Both the position numbers and the translations under genes were made by a program. A stretch of 64,000 nucleotides of DNA from Ostreococcus lucimarinus (Eukaryota), in NCBI GenBank assembly GCA_000092065.1, contig CP000583.1; one strand, written 5' to 3'. Positions 10,601 through 21,483 of the stretch are shown here, in pieces. The stretch's first letter is position 1. Each line of letters starts with the position of its first letter. Below the pieces are notes generated by a model, which saw only the letters and a program-made list of their open reading frames with translations, did no database searches and was not told where the DNA came from.

Positions 10601-13600
10601 TCGAGCAATTTTGACGCAAATCTTCGCCACTTCTTGCTGCATCGATTCTGATGACTCCAAACAGAATGATAGAAGTTCATCAAACGTCTCAGCGGCATTC
10701 ACAGCGCTAGGCATTTGACAAATTTGCAAAGTACGCGCACACAAGACAGAGCGGACGAGCGTCTCCAATCCAGTTTTGTTGAACTCTTTCATAAATTTTG
10801 TGGACTCCTTGAAAGTATCCCTTAAGAGCATCGAAATCGCATGTAATCCAGATCCGATGTCAACATTCGTTGATGCGAAAAGCGCCTTGTCGGATGCGGT
10901 GAACTTGCAACCAATATCCAATTCTTTTTGAAGTATCGATAGTAAAATGTCCACGAGTTTGCGAGTGTCATTCAACTTCATGATGATTGACTCGCTACGA
11001 AGCGTGAGACTCAGGGCGCTGAGATAATCCGCATACGATTCCTGTTCGATGCTTTTTATTGAATCGATGAGAAGGCTTCCAACCTCGACGTTCATCTCAT
11101 CGTCTTGCCGCAACACGAGACCAAAAATTTGTAGAACTTCTCGACGAACAAACTTTGAACCGCAGTGGAGTGCAGATACAAGTATAGGAATTAAACCAGA
11201 CATATTCGCAGATTCTTTCATATCTGCGATGCTGTAATTGTCCAACACTTTCGCTGCGGCGACAATTTCCTGCAGAATGCTAGAGTTCGTCATCGCTTGC
11301 TTCACTAGATCGAGAGCCGGGAGGAGAGTGTTCTCAACGAGAACTGCATTTGAACTCAATTGTTCAGAATTTAATGTCGTGCACGCCAAGGAAATGAGCG
11401 CTGATCGCTCACCGCCCGGAGTCAAAGCCGTTCCCGCTTCCAAGCGATATGTACTAGCGTGTACCAAATCTTTAAGAAGTAAGATGTCTTGATTGCTCTG
11501 TGAAATCATCGTCCCATGCCAGGCGTTCACCTGAAGTAATGAATCGCTTGCTCTCTCAAAGGCAGCCTCGCAAAGAAATTTGGCAACTTCATCGCTCCCG
11601 GCTGCCATGTTTGATAAAACAGTGCGAACTGTGTTGCAAACCGTCAAATTAGTGATGCGAGGGTTGAGCATGCGGTTAAACAGATGGCGGTGTATGTCAC
11701 CTTGGCTGAGCGCTTTGACGCCCAAAGGCGTACGTGAAAGACTTGTGCATAATTTCAATGCACAATTCAAATAATCGCAACAGACGCCATAGTTTCCAGA
11801 TACGTTTCGTAAATCCGTTTCATCTTCCGAACTTGCTTTTGATAAGAATCGCAAAATCGCGTCGTGAATTGCGCCGCACTTGTAATTTGCGGCGATGAAT
11901 TCCATTCTTCGACCTCTGCCCACAACTTTGAACATGTGCTCAACATCTCCAGATCCCTCACCTTGCTCGAAAAGCACTCGTCTTAACGAACTTTCTGTGC
12001 TTTCGATACAGTCAGTGACACGCTTTATAGATTCCGTCTGCAGTTTCAGCTCCTCGACTGCGTTGGCGAGATCATCGCTGCTGAGCAGTTTTGGATACCG
12101 TGTGCACAACGTCGGGTGTGCACTCAATGTTGTCTGAATCTTGGCGTACCGACAGTGCCCACACTCGCTGCATATGAAAGCATCAATCTTCTCATAGTTG
12201 ATGTTTCTACAGTAACGGCATTGATACGCGTTCTCCCGGCAATTGGTGCAGATGCCATGTTTTGTGTCTGTCACTTGCCGAGCGCATCGAGGACAGTGTA
12301 ACATGGTCATCATCTTTGCTTGAACACTCTCGTGGAAAGATTTGAAAACAAAGTTCAGAGCGGATGCATCGACCGGAATTTCAAATTCAAGCTCGGCGAT
12401 GTGCGCTGAAGCAGAAAACTTCAGTGTACCGAGCAATTGCCAACGAGAGGAATCAAAAGTGCGCATGGAGCTTATATCCTTGTTCGCATCCGTACGCCAA
12501 ACTTCAACTTCCTTGACATGAATATAGCGTTTAAGCTCCGTCACGTTCATAGAAATCGACTGGATCGTCATCGATTCACGTAATTTTGTCATCGCACTAT
12601 TTTTTGTGAAAGCTTGGCTCTTCTTCAGGCTATCGAGTGTATGATCTGTGAACTCATGGCATGCAATGTACGACGTCACGTCGCGCATACTTGGCTCTGA
12701 CTCCAACCAGTACTTGTCAGACGCGTCACTTTGTAAAAGCTGACGTTGCTGCAGCGCTCGATAAAGATCTGCACGTGGATGATCGCTGACTCTCAATAAC
12801 GTGTCTTTAACGCCTTGGCAGAATTTTTCAATGCTTGTCTCAAACATAGCGATGGCATCCGTGTCAGTCATCACGATGCTCTTCGTAAACTCCAGGAGCT
12901 CATTCGCTCGATGCCCGTAGTTCCTCATGCTTTCCATCAGTACCATCAACACTCGCATTACGTCATCTCGATACGTCTCGCAAGAGTACCACATGGCTTT
13001 TAAGATGCGCGTTGCGGCAGTACGTGTATCCGATTCAACGGCAAGGAGTCCACACTTGTTGACGACAACATCCAAGTGTTGGACTATTTCTCGCATGATT
13101 GAAGTTCTGCGATGATGATCGTTCTCATCGCAGTCTCGGTAGGACTCGATGATGTGCGATATTAAGTCACATACGCTTGTGGCGAAAGCCGCCGGAAGCT
13201 GCGGCACTGCTTCCATCAAAGCTGCAACCAACTCGACCGCAAAATCAACATGCTCGAGGAAATATCGCAAGCTTTTACGACACGCCTTCGCTACTTGCGT
13301 AACTTTAAAAATAGCATCTTTCACTTCCATCAGCTCATCATACGCTACTTCATCAACATACCAATGTGAAGTAAAATTTCCACTCACGAGCTTCCGGAGA
13401 ACTGGTGCTAAATTCAACAACTCTCCAGCTCGAACTAGAAGAGCCACCTCGCCCTCTTCGTCGCCAGCGAGTTGTTTGATCATAGAAATAGCATTTTCGG
13501 AAGGACATTCTGGTGTCAGCGCGGACACGCGGGCGAGAACTTGGAGCCACTCACTTTTCTCACGCGCAGGTAAAGTACTGAGATCGAGCTTGCGAGCATT

Positions 13601-16600
13601 CGCTGAGGCATGGAGAATTGTAGAATCGAGAGCATTGATGGCGACGTCTCGAACGTTCTTCATGGGAACTTGTTGTTGGAGCAAAGCTCCATATCCTTTT
13701 TCGGCCGGCATCTCTTCTTTATCGTACGAATCGATGCGTCTTAAAAGTTCGCACGTCAACGCATACGAGTGCAAAAAAGCCTCGCGTGCGTCTTTCGTTG
13801 TGATCTCCTGTAACTGTGAGCATTCAGCCGCAATTGCGAGGCGCCAAGTAATTGCGTCGTACTCAAGAATGTCTCCACGCAGGGGCGGCAGCTTGCATAA
13901 ATCTGGATTTAAGCATTCTGAGTATGCTTCAGACAGCGATCGAACAAGTGTAGCTTGCGAACGGTACAACACGTCGTCGTTGAGCTGCATGATAGCCGAT
14001 ACAAGGTCTCGGATGCCGTTCGCTTTCGCGCACTTGTCTCGTTTGAACGCCGGATTGGGAACGAAAATACACCTTGCTTGATCTAAATTCAAGCGCTCAT
14101 TTCCACTGATCGTGGTCAGATGCCAAAGCAATGTGTCTGATGCCGCGGCGCGAACGTCCTCGCGATCGGATTTGATGAGTTTTAAGACAGATTCGACAAG
14201 ATTGGCGTCACGTTCATGAGTGAGCACAGCGATGAGAGCGTGCACGATGTGAGGTACGATCTCGTCGGCATCCCATGCTCCAGCGCCAACATGGAGCATC
14301 GCAGTCGCACTATTTGCCAATGTGGCTAAATAAGGAGATGAGTCCAACAATGCGTTTGGACGTCGGATTGCGAGACGGCCAAGTTTTCGCATCGCGCAAT
14401 AGAACTCAAAAAGGTCGTCGTCTGAGACACTCATCGGCCGCTTCAAAATTCGAGGACAGATGCGTTCGGCAACCTTGTGACCGAATAATAACGTTGAGTT
14501 ATCTTTGATGTTAACTGCTGTCAGCGTATTATCGCGAGTGTGGACACTCAATACTTTCCAGGCGATAAACTTCGCTGAACGATGTGCTGGGGTTTCCAAT
14601 GTAACAAATTGCCTTTTCCTCAACATTGATTCGTAGCACACGCGCAGCTTGCTCGATTTCAAGTCAAGCTCGCAGTGTCGCAGCGCCTGGATGATTGAAG
14701 TCGTACCGCTCAGCCACGCTGAAGAATCTGTGATCTCACTATCCTTTTGACGAACCAAGTGGCGCCTAGCACGACTCACGTGAGATGCAAGCGCATCATC
14801 AATCGCCTGAGTTTCGCTATCACGCTCAACTTTCATGTCTGCTTCAAATACATCCTCGTTGCACGCATACACCTCCATTCGGTCGATACGTATGCATAGC
14901 TGATTCACAGACTCAGCAACAAATTTGAGCTTTAGCGGTTGCGTACTACTTTTGATGGTATTAGACTCTGAGCATGTGAACGGCACGTCGTACCATCTCT
15001 TTGATTCGCGTTCAAATTTGACCACTCTTCCCCCAGGAAGGATGAGCTTTGAAGGCGCATGAGACTGCACCGTCATACCGCCAACATGAATTCGAACGCC
15101 TCGAATAACACGTAGATCTCCGCCTCCTAACTCCAATGTTAAATGTGCATCGTCAGAATTTGCCGATTCTATGTAACCGTCGTCTGATTGTAGGACGCCA
15201 CGCAACGCCGCCGGAAGTGATCCTCGATTGAAAGATCCGCCGAAGTCAACATTCGACGTTACCTTGGCAAGTTTCTCAAAAAAGTCGTACGGAAATCTCG
15301 TCACACTCGTCGAAACTTCTTCAGTACGTGCTTCTAAGAATTGACTTTTCGGCGTAGGTGACGACTTCACGGCTTCGTAAGAGTTGATTTGCATCGAACC
15401 ATCGCTGCGCAAAATGATCAGTGCAGATGGAAATTCTCCAGATCCCGTTTTCTGATATCCCACATGACCAACGACGCTTGCAGAAGAAGGAGGTATGGAG
15501 ATTATGCTCGCTTCTAAACCATCAAACACCAGTAGTGCAGCAGAATCGCCCATGGAATCCGTACTGACAAAAACTTGCGCAGGAATTTGCAACGTTGCAT
15601 CTGGACCCGGTTTGTTTGGTAAACAGAAATCTGACACCCTAAATGAGTGATGACTATCATTCAGCTTAGCTTTATTGAGCATTGCGACGGTCACTTTATT
15701 TTCCTCGTTTCGTTCGACACACGAAATGATAACTTCACCGTCGTTCGTGCTGACGATGATAACGTCGTGCGTTTCTGAGTGCATGACAGCTTGCGCACCA
15801 TTCGTATTTTGAATGTCGATTTTACTCGACTCAGTCAATTGAACGATCTCGTTTGCCTGTTTCATTCGCACTTCTTGCACATGCACATCACTTTCACTCG
15901 TTGTCATTGCGTTGCATACATGACCACGGAGTGCAGAGGCGAACCACGCTGACGAAGTGATGCAAGCCGGCGAAGTAGAAATTGTACACACGGGTGTGTA
16001 TGCATCGCAACTCAGGTCATACACACTAGTTGAGTGCTGTCCAGTGATGGAGAACAAATACGTAGAGTTCGAAACCCAAGAAGCGTCTATGATGAGCTCA
16101 AAATCATGCTCACCCGCCGGGGTTCCAAGTCGCAACCTGTCGAGAATTTCTCCGCCTCGGCCAAGTGTGCATATTTGCACCTCGTGTAAACCGACAACGG
16201 CGAGGTAATCTTTGTTCATATGGTTGAATTGAACCTTCATCACCTCGAAACCAATCAAATTCCTAGACAATGGTCTGATACCAACCTTATCTCCGAGTCG
16301 AACTGCCTTATTCTCGCTATTCGTCGGTTGCGCGCCTACGACGATATTCGCGTCCAGAATTGAAAGCTTGTCGCCTTCCGCTATGGCGAGATGCCCATCT
16401 CTCGAGCAAGCTGCGGTATTTCTGACAATGACACCGGAAAGCAGTAACTCTTGTACTTGTGCTTTGCTAGGTACCGGTCCGACTTCGAAGGATCCAGCTT
16501 TGAAATTACGAGCGACGTGTAGCGTGGCGTCAGTGTCTTTGACTTTGATCTCCAAACCATCATCAGCCAAGCTTTGGTCTACTCGTGTAACATCGTCTTC

Positions 16601-19111
16601 ATGTAACGGCCTGAACCACGATACGAGTACACTTTCTAACTTGTCCTGCACTTTCGCTTTTTGCAAAGCCATCTTAAGCGCTTCGAGCGCTGAGACAGAG
16701 CAAAGACGTCGAGCGAGGTTCGGCTCGTAAGATTCTTCCATGGATTCTTCACCTTCAGAATCACTGCCTGGATCTATTTCGAAGCGATCGGCCGCCTTTT
16801 CTGACGTTGTTCGACGTGCATTTACGTCTTCCAAGTCGCGTCCGTTTAAACAATAACATCTGTGTTGGGGCGCTGGAGTCGCACCGTCCGCACCGCAGTC
16901 GCAGAAAAATCTTGACTTTCTAGAGTACGCCACTCGATGTCCCGAATGACAGGTTTTCGCGCAGTTGCTGCAGCATCCACGGCTTGCAACAAGATTACAG
17001 TCATAGCAGAAATACCAATGCTGTTCTTGAAACGACTCACCACTTGTCACGAACGTACAGAGCCCAGATGATACGTCCGTCATATCGTTCGGCTCTGCCC
17101 CGTCGTTCGTATCGTCGTGTGGTAACAGTATTCGGTCGCGCAAGCGGTCGCGATTTCCTTCATCTTGCGCGACAAGGCGCCCCCAAAGCTGTGGGAGCGT
17201 GTTACGTGCGGATTCTTCACCTGAAGGTCGGTCGACGGCGAGCGTCGCAACGGCAGCGTCAAGGACCGCATCCAAGCGCGCAAGTCGGCTTTCGAGCAGT
17301 TCATCCGATGGATTGTCATCCAGTAGATTTTCTGGCATCGCAAATAAATTTCCCAACTCGTCTTGAAGGTTCAAGGCAACGGTCCTAGCGTTCTCACTCG
17401 CAGCTTCTAAATCGTCCTCTGCCTGGTCCCGAAGTGCGAGTTGAGCGTCATTTGTCTCCGTCGGCGTGATATGAGCGGCAGCGAGCTGTTCGACGAGCGG
17501 CATCGACACCAGTTCGTGATTCGCGTTTTTCCTTTCACGCAGCACAAAGCTTACCATCCGTATGGCAGGAATAAATCTTAAAATCTTTGCATCTTCTCCG
17601 GCGAATAGTTTCGCTCGTTCCAAAGTCGCAAGAAGGCACTCCGCAATTGAAGTCGGTCCGTCGCGCTGGCAGCCTAAACCAAGTCGAATCAGCGTCAATG
17701 GGGCAGAGTCTAAAATCAATTTATTCGCTTTCGCCACCGTGAAGCGTTCATCCAATAGGAACGAATCGGGGAACTCTCCTAGAACCGTGGCGAGCAGTCC
17801 GGTCACGCACCCGTGAGATTCATCATTTACGTCGTCGTTGCTCATCATTGCTTCCAGAAATTTCACCACGGAATCTCGAACGTCTAAATCACTGCCGCAG
17901 AGTCTAATCAACACACTCTTTGCCACTGCTTTGCGAGGGAATAAAGCGAAAGATGAATCGATCTTGCGTGCATTTTCCGTGCTCGAAACAGCCACTGTGT
18001 ACAGTGCGCTCGCGAGGGCGCACGACGTTTCGCCCGACAATTCGGTCCAATCTGACGAATTGACGAAGACTGCGACGACGCCTGCGATAAACTTATACTC
18101 ATTATCCGTTAAATGCGGCCCGAGAAGCGTGCACGCCCTTTCGCATTCCAAAACGATGCGATCCGTCACGCGGATCTCTGTGTTCGTGTTAAGCGCCTCC
18201 AAGCACAACTGCGCCATCAGCCGTGGCACCTCTCCCAATCGCATCGCCGTTTTCCCGAGCTTTTGACGCAAAAGAACTGAGCATCGCTCAAGCGTTGAAC
18301 GGTACAGCTCGACGATTAAACCATCCATGGGCGAACTCACCCGCGACGTCTCGCCGCTCACGGAGAATTCCTCAACCGACTCGGAGAGCGCGTGCATGAG
18401 CGCAACCTCTTCGCTCGCCGCGAACTCGCTCACATCGCTCAACGCCCCACTTTCGCAGCGCAACCGTTCCATTATCTTCGCAGACCACCTCTCGGCGTAC
18501 GTTCGCGACGTGCACGCGCGAAGAACGTCTCCCCACCTCGCCGCGAAGTCGCCGTCTCTCCCCGCGTCGGCGCGCTCGAGCGCGAACGCCGCCATCTTCA
18601 TCGCCGTAAAGTACGCATCATAAACCGCCTGTTCATCATCTCTCAACGCCGCACTCAACGCGCTTCCGCACGCCGTGAACGTCCCCACGCACGCTTCACA
18701 AGCCTCCAACGCCGCCGCGCGTCCTCGCGTCGTCGCTCGCCCTCCCAAGACCTCGTCCAATCCGTCCCCGCGTTCGACCAGCGCCTTCAGGCAGTGCGGC
18801 GCAAGCGCGTGCGACGCCATCTTCGACGACCCACGCGACGTCTGTTTCGCCGCCCGTCGCAGCGCTCGCACGAGCTCTTCCAGCCCATCGTTCGCGTCGT
18901 CTTCCTCTTCGTTCGTCCCGATGCGCGTCGCCGTCGTCGTCCTCGTCATCATCGTCGCTTCCGCGTCCCCACCGTCGTCGTCGTCCATCGCGCGCGCGCG
19001 CGCGTCCTCGCGAGACCTCGCGTTCGCGCTCTCGCGCGTCTCGTCGTCCGTCGCCGCGCGCGCGACGCCGCGGTCGCCCGCGCGTCGCGTCGCGTCCGAA
19101 TCGGCATTCAT
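7682..19111 (-). CDS. UBR4: Giant E3 ubiquitin ligase UBR4/BIG homolog (3809 aa) encoded by one uninterrupted 11.4-kb ORF
   Basis: ATG at 19111 verified. It contains a UBR-box zinc finger (CTFVTSGESFQEQHWYFCYDCNLVASRGCCSNCAKTCHSGHRVAYSRKSRFFCDCGADG, near nt ~16.9-17.1 kb). A Cys-rich module (HCPRCARQVTDTKHGICTNCRENAYQCRYCRNINYEKIDAFICSECGHCRYAKI) is present. The C-terminal block ...CRVCFEGYVLKPNELLGIYCFNK...SHFNAIHFSCH...REWEGAALRNSETLCNNLLPV is characteristic of UBR4/BIG. No in-frame stop over 11,430 nt. Confidence 0.85.
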   Translation of the reverse strand: MNADSDATRRAGDRGVARAATDDETRESANARSREDARARAMDDDDGGDAEATMMTRTTTATRIGTNEEEDDANDGLEELVRALRRAAKQTSRGSSKMASHALAPHCLKALVERGDGLDEVLGGRATTRGRAAALEACEACVGTFTACGSALSAALRDDEQAVYDAYFTAMKMAAFALERADAGRDGDFAARWGDVLRACTSRTYAERWSAKIMERLRCESGALSDVSEFAASEEVALMHALSESVEEFSVSGETSRVSSPMDGLIVELYRSTLERCSVLLRQKLGKTAMRLGEVPRLMAQLCLEALNTNTEIRVTDRIVLECERACTLLGPHLTDNEYKFIAGVVAVFVNSSDWTELSGETSCALASALYTVAVSSTENARKIDSSFALFPRKAVAKSVLIRLCGSDLDVRDSVVKFLEAMMSNDDVNDESHGCVTGLLATVLGEFPDSFLLDERFTVAKANKLILDSAPLTLIRLGLGCQRDGPTSIAECLLATLERAKLFAGEDAKILRFIPAIRMVSFVLRERKNANHELVSMPLVEQLAAAHITPTETNDAQLALRDQAEDDLEAASENARTVALNLQDELGNLFAMPENLLDDNPSDELLESRLARLDAVLDAAVATLAVDRPSGEESARNTLPQLWGRLVAQDEGNRDRLRDRILLPHDDTNDGAEPNDMTDVSSGLCTFVTSGESFQEQHWYFCYDCNLVASRGCCSNCAKTCHSGHRVAYSRKSRFFCDCGADGATPAPQHRCYCLNGRDLEDVNARRTTSEKAADRFEIDPGSDSEGEESMEESYEPNLARRLCSVSALEALKMALQKAKVQDKLESVLVSWFRPLHEDDVTRVDQSLADDGLEIKVKDTDATLHVARNFKAGSFEVGPVPSKAQVQELLLSGVIVRNTAACSRDGHLAIAEGDKLSILDANIVVGAQPTNSENKAVRLGDKVGIRPLSRNLIGFEVMKVQFNHMNKDYLAVVGLHEVQICTLGRGGEILDRLRLGTPAGEHDFELIIDASWVSNSTYLFSITGQHSTSVYDLSCDAYTPVCTISTSPACITSSAWFASALRGHVCNAMTTSESDVHVQEVRMKQANEIVQLTESSKIDIQNTNGAQAVMHSETHDVIIVSTNDGEVIISCVERNEENKVTVAMLNKAKLNDSHHSFRVSDFCLPNKPGPDATLQIPAQVFVSTDSMGDSAALLVFDGLEASIISIPPSSASVVGHVGYQKTGSGEFPSALIILRSDGSMQINSYEAVKSSPTPKSQFLEARTEEVSTSVTRFPYDFFEKLAKVTSNVDFGGSFNRGSLPAALRGVLQSDDGYIESANSDDAHLTLELGGGDLRVIRGVRIHVGGMTVQSHAPSKLILPGGRVVKFERESKRWYDVPFTCSESNTIKSSTQPLKLKFVAESVNQLCIRIDRMEVYACNEDVFEADMKVERDSETQAIDDALASHVSRARRHLVRQKDSEITDSSAWLSGTTSIIQALRHCELDLKSSKLRVCYESMLRKRQFVTLETPAHRSAKFIAWKVLSVHTRDNTLTAVNIKDNSTLLFGHKVAERICPRILKRPMSVSDDDLFEFYCAMRKLGRLAIRRPNALLDSSPYLATLANSATAMLHVGAGAWDADEIVPHIVHALIAVLTHERDANLVESVLKLIKSDREDVRAAASDTLLWHLTTISGNERLNLDQARCIFVPNPAFKRDKCAKANGIRDLVSAIMQLNDDVLYRSQATLVRSLSEAYSECLNPDLCKLPPLRGDILEYDAITWRLAIAAECSQLQEITTKDAREAFLHSYALTCELLRRIDSYDKEEMPAEKGYGALLQQQVPMKNVRDVAINALDSTILHASANARKLDLSTLPAREKSEWLQVLARVSALTPECPSENAISMIKQLAGDEEGEVALLVRAGELLNLAPVLRKLVSGNFTSHWYVDEVAYDELMEVKDAIFKVTQVAKACRKSLRYFLEHVDFAVELVAALMEAVPQLPAAFATSVCDLISHIIESYRDCDENDHHRRTSIMREIVQHLDVVVNKCGLLAVESDTRTAATRILKAMWYSCETYRDDVMRVLMVLMESMRNYGHRANELLEFTKSIVMTDTDAIAMFETSIEKFCQGVKDTLLRVSDHPRADLYRALQQRQLLQSDASDKYWLESEPSMRDVTSYIACHEFTDHTLDSLKKSQAFTKNSAMTKLRESMTIQSISMNVTELKRYIHVKEVEVWRTDANKDISSMRTFDSSRWQLLGTLKFSASAHIAELEFEIPVDASALNFVFKSFHESVQAKMMTMLHCPRCARQVTDTKHGICTNCRENAYQCRYCRNINYEKIDAFICSECGHCRYAKIQTTLSAHPTLCTRYPKLLSSDDLANAVEELKLQTESIKRVTDCIESTESSLRRVLFEQGEGSGDVEHMFKVVGRGRRMEFIAANYKCGAIHDAILRFLSKASSEDETDLRNVSGNYGVCCDYLNCALKLCTSLSRTPLGVKALSQGDIHRHLFNRMLNPRITNLTVCNTVRTVLSNMAAGSDEVAKFLCEAAFERASDSLLQVNAWHGTMISQSNQDILLLKDLVHASTYRLEAGTALTPGGERSALISLACTTLNSEQLSSNAVLVENTLLPALDLVKQAMTNSSILQEIVAAAKVLDNYSIADMKESANMSGLIPILVSALHCGSKFVRREVLQIFGLVLRQDDEMNVEVGSLLIDSIKSIEQESYADYLSALSLTLRSESIIMKLNDTRKLVDILLSILQKELDIGCKFTASDKALFASTNVDIGSGLHAISMLLRDTFKESTKFMKEFNKTGLETLVRSVLCARTLQICQMPSAVNAAETFDELLSFCLESSESMQQEVAKICVKIARAHVRPQVDKTRLPLCIILNELAMLVLPRAPPSKVYLLRLLKSASQEEFIPGTMARNPYSTAQMSAQPLMRDVKNLICHELEMLGLLEDDFGMELLVSNQIISLDLSVEDVFERIWIPSLFNGTQRRQNVSPNDPIGPPMAVTFRLSGLDGEATEERVDELAPVQEEDEDIETKFAGTNVFQEDVGFKTLIQLLPKIRHNSSALYAGGEDASAKLLEILRSACYVKKNRQHMLAIGALASLLDEAARAFTENSRSGKGLLLVIETLLREEQEDTSHGSMSELKASASTSSMLARELEESSETAHRPGSPRLQKSSSSLQTIAIAVREHEMNHVEIFLSQLKQLIRARERHEADILARVIPRLAGSTVESKAIMAKNFDASIRKLVRLDEMSEEDSQHGALQLELECATRLAEAIPRDFSGQRVLEAIWSQGTVSFITNYIEAEAFGAEMSQDRGSDAWNKAMKRSGLPLALELLNGITLGYTLDVTKHPTLLDLLHKLESVTERDIGTLAENCLETFASGSELVQKHLDNLRAETKEANRRKALAKRQQMLTEMGMTVVKNSSSPGASTIGVSHSPRSLRGYDSMAMESEQDSIVCRVCFEGYVLKPNELLGIYCFNKLASTPSANGDMSQTVCTVSHFNAIHFSCHQSAKRADVALRTPKREWEGAALRNSETLCNNLLPVMGNMVTDASYAAAVDAWWQNCFSVGAFISPPTRARQVAWDVSLLLGRFAMGASFSADCRGGGKDSNMSLLPHLVRLLVHQVSLCPQKGLEEYNAVLARLSCEDEIWNDREFSFSPLLPAALVLSLAVWSHDQWEASRRNALIAILRHTKKYECARIATYPASVDVSASVPWEQLNELDRYAKLKPMLIYFGLVNKMFEWFKPKRRPDLGNAVTIGKAPASTTTGSPEAVTLNERLHDIPSMISGAKDTLEWLDEAMDAEDAQELLDVCEILSDAMCPTVNDFILEALRAEC

Positions 19112-19591
19112 CTCGCGTCGCGTCGCGCGCGCGTCGTCGTCGTCGCTCGCGTTCGCTCGCGTCGCGCGCGTCTCGCGCGTCTCGCGTCGCGTCGCTCGCG
19201 CGCGCGTCGCGGCGTCGCGATGCGCGGCGCGCGCGTCGCGGCGTCGCCGACGGACGACGGCGGTTACGCCGCGTCACCGGACTGTTTGCCTGTGCGGACA
19301 GACGGATATGGACATACAGTGCGCCGACTGTTTCGCGCGCGCGTCCGCGACGTCCGCGACGCGGGCGCGACGCAGACGTCGGCGCGCGCGCGCGGGGTCG
19401 CACCGTCGCGCGAACGCGCGCGCGGTTTTATCCGCATCGGTTCGCGCGCGCGCGGCGCGCGAAGGCGCGTCGCAGAGGCGCGGAGACGGCGATCGCCGTC
19501 GCCCGCGCGGGACGCGCATCGCGCGGCGCGAACGAAGCGACGACGCCGGCGACGACGCGATCTCGACGGACGCGCGCGCGGAAGCGCGAAC

Positions 19592-21440
19592 GATGGATGC
19601 GACTGCGGTGACACCGCCGACGCGGTCGAGGTCGCCGCCGACGCCGCCGAGCGCGAGCGGGGGAGGGAAGGGAGGGACGGCGGGCGGCGCCGCGGCGCCG
19701 GCGAGCGCGAAGCGAGCGAAGCGAGTCGACGGGCTCGGTGTCGATGCGCTCGGGAACGCGCCGGACGTGGATGAACGAGGAGAGTTGATGTTTGGATGCG
19801 AAAAGTGTGGGTTCGAGCCGGACGGGTGCGAGGCGTGTTTGGGCGGACCGCCGATTCGGAGCGCGTGCGCGTGGGACGAAGCGCGCGCGAGGGACGTGCC
19901 GCCTGTGAAGACGTACAGACCGACGGAGCAGGAGTGGGCGGGCGATCCTTTGGAGTACATAAATTCCATTCGTCCAGAGGCGGAGAAATATGGGGTGTGT
20001 AACATCATTCCCCCGGCGAGTTGGCAGCCCGAGTTTTGCTTGCCTGGGAAGGAAAAGTTGCGGTTTCGGACGAGAATACAGGCGTTGAACGAGTTGCAGA
20101 ATCGACCCGCGGGGCCGAGCGCGAGGGCGCGAGCGAAGATGCTCGAAGAAGAGAAGAACGGGGTCAAATCGACGAAGAATCAGGGCGTGGCGTCGGGTGG
20201 ACGCATGAGCGGCGGACGCATGGGCGCCTCGGCGCAAGCCGACGCGGACGCCGTAGCGGAAAAGTATGGCTTCCAACAAGGACAACGACACAATTTGGCG
20301 ACTTTGGAGCGATACTCGAAATATTTCAAGCGAAAATACTTCAGCAAAAATGGAAAACCGGTGGAGAACGTGACGGTGAAAGATATGGAAGGGGAATTTT
20401 GGCGTCTCATCGAGGACAACAAGGGGCGAAGCGTCGAGGTGATTTACGGCGCCGACATCGCCACCATGGACGTCGGAAGTGGATTCGCAAAGAAAGGTAG
20501 CGCGTCGTGTCCGCCTGGGCAAGAGCGTTACGCTGAAAGTCCGTGGAACGTGTGCAACATGCCGTACAATTCAGAAAGCTGTTTGAGTCACGTCGAGGCG
20601 ACCACGGGCATCACCGTGCCTTGGTTGTACTTTGGCATGACGATGTCCGCGTTTTGCTGGCACGTCGAAGATCACAACTTTTACAGCGTCAACTATCACC
20701 ACTTTGGCGCACCGAAGGTTTGGTATTCCATTCCCGCCACGCACTCAAAACAGTTTGAAGAGGTGATGCGCAAGCGTTTGCCGCATTTATTTCAATCGCA
20801 ACCAGACTTGCTCCACAGCTTGGTCACCATCTTGTCCCCGAAAGTGCTGCAAGACGAAGGAATTCCCGTGTATCGCGTGGAACAACACCCGCGAAGTTAC
20901 ATTATCACTTTCCCGTACGCGTACCACGCTGGGTTCAACACAGGTTTCAATTGCGCCGAGGCAGTCAACTTTGCACCAATAGACTGGTTACCCTTTGGCG
21001 TCGGCGCCACGGAGCGTTACGTGAGCGATAAGCGATATCAATCCGTGGCACACGACCAGCTATTATCTACTCTCACGGAGAGCGCACATAAGCACCCGCG
21101 GTTCCCTCCGGTTCTTGCCGAGGTAATGCGAGTGCGAGTCAAGGAAGAAGACGAACGTCGCACCGCGGCAAAGAGATCCGTCGCGCACGAAGTTCGCATG
21201 AAAAACACCACAGAAGCGCCAGACTTTAACGAACGCGATTGTACGACATGTTTGGCCGATTTGAACTGGTCCTGTGTCACGTGCGCGTGCACGTTCGCGA
21301 AGAGTCGCGGTTACGCCTACTGCCTGCGGTGCGTCAAAGCGTGCGAGTGCGAGGCAGAAAAACGCACGCTCTTCTTTAGGAACACGCTCGACGAACTACG
21401 CGAAAAGGTTCGCACGCTCGAAAATCTAGCAAGCATGTAA
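19592..21440 (+). CDS. JmjC histone lysine demethylase (JmjN + JmjC + C5HC2 zinc finger; KDM5/JMJ14-like). Start codon uncertain (ATG at 19307 or 19592)
   Basis: JmjN (VPPVKTYRPTEQEWAGDPLEYINSIRPEAEKYGVCNIIPPASWQP). JmjC with Fe(II)/2-OG residues (HVEDHNFYSVNYHHFGAPKVWYSIP...). C5HC2 finger (CTTCLADLNWSCVTCACTFAKSRGYAYCLRCVKACEC). The 5' 900 nt of track ORF 18675.. is Arg-rich low complexity that overlaps the UBR4 start in antisense; it is treated as promoter/5' UTR. Confidence 0.8.
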
Positions 21441-21455
21441 ACGACATGTGTGTAA
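21436..21455 (+). promoter_or_regulatory. Candidate poly(A) signals (TGTAA x2), one overlapping the JmjC stop codon
   Basis: catgTAA and tgtgTAAtg within 15 nt of the stop. TGTAA is the green-algal poly(A) signal (established for Chlamydomonas; assumed here). Similar TGTAA motifs are found 25-45 nt past the stops of the NARFL (55840), LRR-gene/43186-gene pair (43165) and TPR/KH pair (60012). Confidence 0.3.
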
Positions 21456-21483
21456 TGTACAATTGTGCTAATGTACGGCTATA

